64,000 bases of DNA, taken from the NCBI GenBank assembly GCA_034432595.1, contig DAOUBT010000052.1, forward strand, positions 1 to 64,000, written 5' to 3'. This stretch comes from Anaerolineae bacterium. GTDB taxonomy: Bacteria > Chloroflexota > Anaerolineae > B4-G1 > SLSP01. Below the pieces are notes generated by a model, which saw only the letters and a list, made by a program, of their open reading frames with translations, made no database searches and had not been told where the DNA came from. Both the position numbers and the translations under genes were made by a program. This document shows positions 57,478 to 64,000 of the stretch, piece by piece. Positions within the stretch are counted from its first letter, which is position 1; the number at the start of each line of letters is the position of its first letter.

Positions 57478-58281
57478 TTACAGGCGCTGCCGCCGCGAAA
57501 GGAAGGCGAAAGCCAGGATGCCAATCGCCAACAGCAGGAAAACCCAGCCGATGATGGTGACAATCAACGTGAGCTGCGCCCCAGCATCGTGCGTGGGCTG
57601 TGGCGCGGGCGTGCCGGGACCGGGCGTCTGCTGTGCGGACGGCGCCTCAGCTTGAGGAACATAGCCCAGTTCCACATTGTAAGTTTGACCCGCGCCCAAA
57701 ACCAGGCCCCACGTCTCCGGCCCGGTCTTGACGTAACCTTCCGGCGCCACGTGATAGACCACATACTTATCCGCGCTCAGGCCCTGCACGCAGAACGGCT
57801 TACTCACGTCCTCGATGGTATAACTCCCAACCGGCCCGGAGGTGCCCACAAGGGTGACCATCGTACCCGCGAGCAGTTCTTCGCTATCCGCCTGCCGAAT
57901 GCCATCGCGGTTGTGATCGTAGAAGCTCAACACGCAAATGCCGGTCATCTCCAGCGATGGGGTCGGCGTAGGCGTGGGCGTCACCGGCGTGGGTGTCGGG
58001 GTGGGCGTCACAATGCCAATGATAAGCGGTTGGTCCAGAAACACCGTGTCATCGGTCATATTGTTGAGCTGACGAATCACCTCAATATCAATGCCATACT
58101 GATAAGCGATGGTCGAAAGCGTATCACCCGATTGCACGATGTGGATAATGTACCCATCCGCATTCGGGGTGGGTGTGGGCACCGTCCCCTGAGTGGCAGG
58201 CGAAGCCAGCACCCACGACATGGGTAGCACGAGCACCGCCATCAGCAAAATCGTCATTGCCACAAGTCCATGGCTACGCAT
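57478..58281 (-). CDS. LysM-domain protein with C-terminal membrane anchor
   Basis: Signal peptide, a LysM module (HIVQSGDTLSTIAYQYGIDIEVIRQLNN), PT-rich linkers, and a C-terminal TM helix followed by RRQRL. Confidence 0.7.
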   Translation of the reverse strand: MRSHGLVAMTILLMAVLVLPMSWVLASPATQGTVPTPTPNADGYIIHIVQSGDTLSTIAYQYGIDIEVIRQLNNMTDDTVFLDQPLIIGIVTPTPTPTPVTPTPTPTPSLEMTGICVLSFYDHNRDGIRQADSEELLAGTMVTLVGTSGPVGSYTIEDVSKPFCVQGLSADKYVVYHVAPEGYVKTGPETWGLVLGAGQTYNVELGYVPQAEAPSAQQTPGPGTPAPQPTHDAGAQLTLIVTIIGWVFLLLAIGILAFAFLSRRQRL

Positions 58282-58482
58282 ACCTTTTTCTCCTTAAACA
58301 TCCCAATCTTGGAGCGCTACTCCATGGGCGAGATTATAGCATAGCGAGGGGGTGTGTCAATCATCAGGAGAGGCCCGCCGTCGAGGCGGCCTGCGTCGTC
58401 CCCGCCCCGTGAGGTCGTCAACCGTTCCCATTTCTCCCACTGAGGCTATAATTAAAGCATCATGACCAACCGGGAGGTGACG

Positions 58483-59781
58483 ATGAAACGCTTTGGGGGC
58501 CTTTATATGCTGCTGCTGTTGCTGCCTGCCCTGATCGCCTGTCAGAAAACGACGCCGCCCACGCCATCCACGCTCACACCCACCCCTGCTGTGCGCGCGA
58601 CGTACACGGCGACCCCGCAACCGCCCATCACCGTGACGACGCCAACCCCTCGGCCAACCAGTCCGGTAGCGGAACCCTCCTCCGCAGGAGAAACCTGCCC
58701 CGCCCGACAAACGCCGCCGCTGCCCTCCCGCCCCGCAGCGTTTGAAGCATACCCCGCCACCCTGTTGACCTACCTCAACGCGGGCGCCGATCCCCTGACC
58801 CTGACCGACGTAGCCCAGGAATGGGCCGCGCTCCCCTTCATCGGTGAGGCTCTCCTGCGCGCCGACCTCACCGGCGATGGACAGCCGGAAACGGTGCTCG
58901 TGCTGGCCAATCCCATCGCGGGGACCTACCCTCCGGCAAGTCAGATGTTCATATTCTCCTGCCGCGCCGGTCGCGTGGAACTGCTTTACCACCACACAAC
59001 GGATGAGTGGACCGGCGCCGCCGTCTTCGCCGCGGAGGATCTGACGCAGGACGGCATCGCCGATTTGCTCTGGGCAGAGGTCCTGTGTGGGGCAAGCACC
59101 TGCTTTTACACGACGCACGTCGGCAGTTGGGATGGACAAACGCTGGCGGAACGCATCGCCGCCCCGCCGGAGATTCCCTACGCAAAGTACGAGATTCGGG
59201 ATGGAGAGCTTTACATAGGCAGCGATGGCTACGGCTCTCTTGCCGCCGGTCCCCAACGGCCTCCGACAACGGTGTGGCGTTGGAACGGCGTGGAACTGGT
59301 GCAAGTCGAAACCATCCTGCCGCCAATTCAGTTCCGCTATCACCAGTTTCTGGCGGGTGAGTCTGCTCTGGCGGCAAACCAGCTTGACGAAGCCCGCCTG
59401 GCCTATGAAACCACCATCACGTCCACGGAGCTGCTTCCCTGGGCGGCCTATACCGACTCGGACACTGAAAAAGTATGGCTCAGCGCCCTCGCGCGCTGGC
59501 GGTTGATGGAAGTAAGCCTGTTGCAGGGCGAGCGCGGCATGGCCAGTTTCCACTATCAGCAGTTACAGAAGGAAATCCCGGCAGACAGCCCGGCGCAGGC
59601 GGTAGTCGCCCTGGCGCGGGCCTTCTGGGAGGCGCAGCCACAAGACGCGGATGTTGCCGCAGCCTGTGAAGCCGTGCGCGCTCAACCCCGCAGTGCCGAG
59701 GTTCTGGCTTTCTTGAACGGTTTTGGCACGGCCAATCCCAGCTACGGCCTTGCCGACCTTTGCCCGGTCTTGCGCGAATGA
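58483..59781 (+). CDS. hypothetical lipoprotein
   Basis: Signal plus lipobox LIACQ and a PT-rich linker. ATG 58483 with RBS GGGAGGTGA. No family recognised. Confidence 0.55.
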   Translation: MKRFGGLYMLLLLLPALIACQKTTPPTPSTLTPTPAVRATYTATPQPPITVTTPTPRPTSPVAEPSSAGETCPARQTPPLPSRPAAFEAYPATLLTYLNAGADPLTLTDVAQEWAALPFIGEALLRADLTGDGQPETVLVLANPIAGTYPPASQMFIFSCRAGRVELLYHHTTDEWTGAAVFAAEDLTQDGIADLLWAEVLCGASTCFYTTHVGSWDGQTLAERIAAPPEIPYAKYEIRDGELYIGSDGYGSLAAGPQRPPTTVWRWNGVELVQVETILPPIQFRYHQFLAGESALAANQLDEARLAYETTITSTELLPWAAYTDSDTEKVWLSALARWRLMEVSLLQGERGMASFHYQQLQKEIPADSPAQAVVALARAFWEAQPQDADVAAACEAVRAQPRSAEVLAFLNGFGTANPSYGLADLCPVLRE

Positions 59782-59906
59782 GGGCGCGCCTTTCGCCTCA
59801 ATCTGAATTTCATCCCGCTATTGGCACTTCTGGTAAGACGTGGTAAGATAGTAGTTAAGCTATCTTGTAAATACACCTGGATGCGGCAAATTTAAGGAGG
59901 TCGGCC

Positions 59907-60530
59907 ATGTCTGAGACGGTAGCGAAACAACCACGGCGATTCCATCTGGGGGGCGTCTGGAACGCCTTCAAAAACTTCGCCATCCTCTTTTCTTTCATCG
60001 TCAACTTCATTCTGGTGGTGGCGCTCCTCCTGGTCATTGGACCTGTTTTCCAGCTTAAAACGGGGACCATCGAACCCCTGCTCGATAATCTCGATAACGC
60101 CTTTGCCGGTCTGGGAGAAACGGTTATTGTGACCACCGTGCACATTGATGACCGCCTGCCGGTGATTTTTGACCTCCCCTTAGAGCAGGAAACGCAGGTC
60201 GTGCTTACCGAAGAAGTCCCCCTGGAGGCTTACACCAACTTCTCCTTAGGGCCGTTTGGCTCCATCAACGGCGTTGTAAGCCTGAACCTGCCCAAGGGCA
60301 TGGTGCTGCCCGTCCGCCTGCAGATGATGGTGCCGGTGAGCACCACCGTGCCGGTCGTGATGCAGGTGCCGGTTGAAATCAAGCTCAACGAGGCGGGCAT
60401 GGGTCCGGCCATCGAGGACCTGCGCGACGTTTTCCGCCCCATCAACAAGTTCGTCAAGAGCCTGCCCAACTCCTTACAGGAGACGCAGGCCACTTTGCTC
60501 AAGAAAAAGGAGCCACAGACCCAACCATGA
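59907..60530 (+). CDS. hypothetical membrane protein
   Basis: Single N-terminal TM helix (FAILFSFIVNFILVVALLLVIG). RBS AAGGAGG. Overlaps the next gene by 4 nt. Confidence 0.5.
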   Translation: MSETVAKQPRRFHLGGVWNAFKNFAILFSFIVNFILVVALLLVIGPVFQLKTGTIEPLLDNLDNAFAGLGETVIVTTVHIDDRLPVIFDLPLEQETQVVLTEEVPLEAYTNFSLGPFGSINGVVSLNLPKGMVLPVRLQMMVPVSTTVPVVMQVPVEIKLNEAGMGPAIEDLRDVFRPINKFVKSLPNSLQETQATLLKKKEPQTQP

Positions 60531-61426
60531 GTGAACGTCCTGTTTGCAGTTACGAAGGCTCGCGCTACAGCACCGAGTTCTGGACCAGCGCGCGGGCCTA
60601 TGAGGACGGCGCTGAGCGTATTGCCCTGCGCGCCCTCCTCCCCCCGACCGGTCGGCGCCTGGTGGAAATCGGGGCCGGCTTTGGTCGTCTGGCCGACCTC
60701 TACGCCGGCTACGATACGGTCGTGCTCTTCGACTACGCCCACACGCAACTGGAGCAGGCCGTCGCCCGCTTAGGCGATCGTGGCCCCGGCGGTCAGCCGC
60801 GCTACCTCTTCGTACAGGGTGATTTCTACCGTCTCCCCTTTATGGATGGCCTCTTCGATACCGTGACCATGATCCGCACCCTGCACCACGCCGCGGATGC
60901 GCCCGCTGTGTTGCGGGGACTGAGCGACATGCTTGCCCCGCGCGGCACGTTAGTGATGGAGTTCGCCAGCAAGCACAACCTTAAAGCCCTGCTGCGCTAC
61001 CTTTTGCGCCGTCAATCCTGGTCGCCCTTTACCCTGGAACCGGTGGAATTCGTAACCCTCAACTACGACTTCCATCCGCGCTGGATCTGGCAGCACCTGG
61101 AAGCCCTTGGCCTGCAGCGTGAAGCCGTGCGCACCGTCTCCCACTTCCGCATCGGCCTGCTCAAGCGTCTGCTGCCGACGCGCTTCCTGGTCGCCCTGGA
61201 TGGCCTGGTGCAGCCTACCGGTCGCTGGTGGCAATGGTCGCCGAGCGTCTTTGTGCGTGCCCGCGCGTCCGCGGAGCGTCCCGCCGCAGCGGATGGCGTC
61301 TTCTTCCGCTGCCCGGACTGCCGTACCCCCCTGGGTCCACCCGCCGCGCAGGATATGACCTGCAGCGGATGCGGCAAGACCTGGCGTTATGAGGATCACA
61401 TCTACAACTTCCGCGATCCGGCCTGA
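60527..61426 (+). CDS. class I SAM-dependent methyltransferase with C-terminal zinc ribbon
   Basis: Motif I LVEIGAGFGRL. C-terminus reads FFRCPDCRTPLG...CSGCGKTWRYED. Confidence 0.7.
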   Translation: MSERPVCSYEGSRYSTEFWTSARAYEDGAERIALRALLPPTGRRLVEIGAGFGRLADLYAGYDTVVLFDYAHTQLEQAVARLGDRGPGGQPRYLFVQGDFYRLPFMDGLFDTVTMIRTLHHAADAPAVLRGLSDMLAPRGTLVMEFASKHNLKALLRYLLRRQSWSPFTLEPVEFVTLNYDFHPRWIWQHLEALGLQREAVRTVSHFRIGLLKRLLPTRFLVALDGLVQPTGRWWQWSPSVFVRARASAERPAAADGVFFRCPDCRTPLGPPAAQDMTCSGCGKTWRYEDHIYNFRDPA

Positions 61427-61448
61427 ACCCAGATGAACGACGGGGCGA

Positions 61449-62342
61449 GTGACTCGCCCCGTCCGCGTAAAGCCTATGCTTGCTAAAATCCGCGCTTTTC
61501 TGGAACTGATCAAATTCGAGCACACCATCTTCGCCCTGCCTTTTGCCTATCTGGGGATGGTGCTGGCAGCACGCGGGTGGCCGGGCTGGTGGACCTTCTT
61601 CTGGATCACCGTGGCGATGGTAGCCGCCCGTACCATCGCCATGGCCTTCAACCGCATCGCCGACCTGGCCTACGATGCGCGTAACCCCCGCACCGCACAG
61701 CGTCCCCTGGTCACGGGCCATATCTCCCTGGGCACGGCATGGAGCGGGACCCTCATCGCCCTGCTCATCCTCATCCTGGCCGCGTGGCGCCTGGGGCCGC
61801 TACCGCTGCGCCTCCTCCCCGGCGCGCTGCTGGCGCTCTTCGGCTACTCCTTCACCAAACGCTTCACCTGGCTCTCCCACTTCATCCTGGGCATGACCGA
61901 TGGCCTCGCGCCCATGGGCGCCTGGGTGGCCGTGCGTGGCTCGCTCTTTGGCGCAGCGGACCTGCCGGCCTGGCTGCTGTGGCTCGCCGTCACCCTGTGG
62001 ATCGGTGGCTTCGACATCATCTACGCCTGTCAGGACGTGGACTTTGACCGCGCGGCGCGGCTGTACGCTATCCCGGCGCGCTTCGGCGTCGCCGTAGCCC
62101 TGCGCGTCGCACGGGTAGCGCACATCCTCTTCTTCATCCCCCTGGTGGCCCTGGGCGTGAGCACGGACCTGGGCCTCCGTTACTACCTCGGCCTCCTCCC
62201 CATCGCCGCGCTCCTGACCTATGAACACGCCATCATCGCACCGGATGACCTTTCGCGCGTCAACATTGCATTTTTTAACGTCAACAGTATCATCAGTATA
62301 GCTCTACTGGCCAACATCCTGCTGGCTTTATTCTGGCGCTAA
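61449..62342 (+). CDS. UbiA-family aromatic prenyltransferase (4-hydroxybenzoate polyprenyltransferase-like)
   Basis: NRIADLAYDARNPRTAQRPL Asp-rich motif and the second motif YACQDVDFD. About 8 TM helices. The true start may be at 61476 (MLAKI). Confidence 0.7.
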   Translation: MTRPVRVKPMLAKIRAFLELIKFEHTIFALPFAYLGMVLAARGWPGWWTFFWITVAMVAARTIAMAFNRIADLAYDARNPRTAQRPLVTGHISLGTAWSGTLIALLILILAAWRLGPLPLRLLPGALLALFGYSFTKRFTWLSHFILGMTDGLAPMGAWVAVRGSLFGAADLPAWLLWLAVTLWIGGFDIIYACQDVDFDRAARLYAIPARFGVAVALRVARVAHILFFIPLVALGVSTDLGLRYYLGLLPIAALLTYEHAIIAPDDLSRVNIAFFNVNSIISIALLANILLALFWR

Positions 62343-62388
62343 CACCAGCGCCCTGGAACGGCGTTCCACCGCCTGGACGGAGGAGGCA

Positions 62389-64000
62389 TGAAGACCTTTA
62401 CGCGGGTCGTCCTGTTTGCTTTAGGTAGCGGCCTTATCGCCCTGCTGGCCGGGGCGGGGGTGATGGCGTATGTCGCGCGCATTGCCCTCGACGATTTGGC
62501 CGTCGCCGCCCTGGAGACCCGCCTGGCGGACGCGCGCCTCCTCCTGGATCATCAGGAAGCCTTGCCCGCCACGCCCGATGCCACCCTTCTGGCCTCCTAC
62601 TTCTCGCCCCCCAACCGGCCCCTTGCCAGCACCATCTACATGGTTGATCGAGGTGGGCGCGTGCTCTATCACCCCAATCCGCAACGGCAAGGGCGCGTGG
62701 TCCTGCAGGAGGCCTGGTTCCGCGCCATGCTTGAGGCCACCCCACCGCCGCTTGTCACGACCTGGGATGGACAGGTCGAGCTTGCCGTCTACACTTTCTA
62801 CGAACCGTGGCAATGCTACATTCTCGTCGCGCAACCCCGCGCCGATTTGTATGAAACGTTAGCCACGAGCCTCCCCTACCTGAGCCTGGCCGCCGCGCTG
62901 GGATTTGTCGCGGTGGGTTTGAGCATGATCGCCCTCCTCAAGCGCTTACTCGCCCCATTGGACGACCTCACCGCGGGCGCACGGCAACTCGCCGCTGGCG
63001 TCTGGAGCACGCGCATCGCCATCGCCACGCAGGACGAATTCGGCGCGCTGGCGCAGGCGTTCAACATGATGGCCGCCCAACTCCAGGATACGCTGCGCTT
63101 CCTGGAAGCGCGCATCGCGGCGCGCACCCGCCATCTGGAAGTCGCCGCGCAGGTCGCGCGCCAGATCAGCACCATTCTGGACATTGAAAGCCTGCTGCAG
63201 CAAGTTGTTGTGCTCACCGTGCGCAGCTTCAAACTCTACGGCGCCCTCATCTACCTGTACGACGAGCAGCAACAACGTCTGGTGCGCGTCGCCGGCACGG
63301 ACAGGCAGGGACAAAACCTGGAAGCCACCCTGGGTGACGCCATTCCCATAGATACCGAGTTAAGCCTGATCAGCCTGTGCGCCCGCACCCACCATGCGGT
63401 CAACGTTCACGATGTGCTCGCCTCTCCCGTCCATCTCATGTCCGACCGTTTCCCCGCCACCCGCGCGGAGCTGGCCTTGCCCATCATGTTAGGCGAGCGG
63501 TTATTAGGCGTGTTCGACCTGCTTTCCGATGAGCCGGGATACTTTAGCGAAGAGGATCAGGACATGCTGCAAGCCCTGGCCGAACAAGTCGCCGTTGCCA
63601 TCCGCAACGCACAGCTGTTTTCCGAAGCGCAGGAAGCACGGCGAGAGGCCGAGGAAGCCGCGCATAAGAGCAAACAGGCGCTGCGCGAGACGCAGAGTCT
63701 GCTGCAAGCCGCGCGCGCCATCCTGGGCGCCACCACGTACACCGCCATTAGCGACGCGCTGCACACGTCCCTGCAGGAGCTGGTGCCTGCCACGCGCCAT
63801 CTCGTCCTGCTCCTGGATACGGAACAACGGCAGCTCCTGCACGTGGATTGGCGCGGTGCGGCCTTGAGCGTCCCGCAGAGCTGGGCGGATATGGAGCAGG
63901 GGCTATGGAAGCACGCCCTCACCACACGCCAACCCGTCATCTCCGATGATCCGGAAGATGGCTTGAGCGATGCCGCAGAACAGGCCTGGCGCAGACAGGA
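62389..64000 (+). CDS. sensor protein, 5' partial: TM-bounded periplasmic domain + HAMP + GAF; continues beyond the window
   Basis: ATG 62389 after a GGAGGAGG RBS. Read manually; the frame stays open to position 64000. HAMP region DEFGALAQAFNMMAAQLQ. GAF-like region LALPIMLGERLLGVFDL. Not in the supplied ORF track because it has no stop. Confidence 0.65.

Overview
This is a 64-kb, high-GC (roughly 65% by eye) bacterial chromosomal segment. It is densely coded on both strands, mostly in operons with 1-4 nt start/stop overlaps. I count about 48 protein genes, one tRNA-Gln(CTG), one TPP riboswitch, and several clear intrinsic terminators. I saw no transposase, integrase, phage or CRISPR-Cas genes. 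The ORF track appears to translate non-ATG starts (GTG/TTG) as M, and it omits an ORF that runs off the 3' end of the window (62389..64000). Gene content is chromosomal housekeeping with a strong cell-envelope and signalling flavour. Envelope genes include three LysM-domain peptidoglycan enzymes (L,D-transpeptidase, M23 peptidase, a LysM membrane protein) and a TPR lytic transglycosylase. There are also phosphoglucose isomerase, a MetB/MetZ-type PLP enzyme, ComEC, ROK and PfkB sugar kinases, and an M50 protease-GT4-EEP operon. A MarR regulator precedes a heterodimeric ABC exporter, and MalQ follows. A riboswitch-controlled tpk-thiBPQ thiamine salvage/uptake operon is present. Signalling proteins are numerous: a bPAC-type BLUF-adenylyl cyclase, a cytoplasmic histidine kinase, a REC-GGDEF response regulator, a 1384-aa CYC-CYC-STAND-TPR protein, and a partial HAMP-GAF sensor. 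PT-rich linkers and abundant LysM domains are reminiscent of Chloroflexota-like genomes, but the lineage cannot be established from sequence alone. The most unusual observations are: (i) two unrelated secreted proteases that each carry a long array of Trp-centred heptapeptide (21-nt) tandem repeats, an S8 subtilase with about 46 'DGTLIWS' units and a 1432-aa PPC/C25-like protein with 13 perfect 'GGWEAIG' units; (ii) a roughly 760-bp intergenic array of about 16 hairpin-bearing 41/57-bp tandem repeats between convergent genes; (iii) a photoactivated adenylyl cyclase homolog; (iv) an orphan LysW-like zinc-ribbon protein with a long poly-acidic tail; (v) a tandem SPFH-paralog operon; and (vi) a short GCTTCC-type repeat motif that recurs in three intergenic regions.
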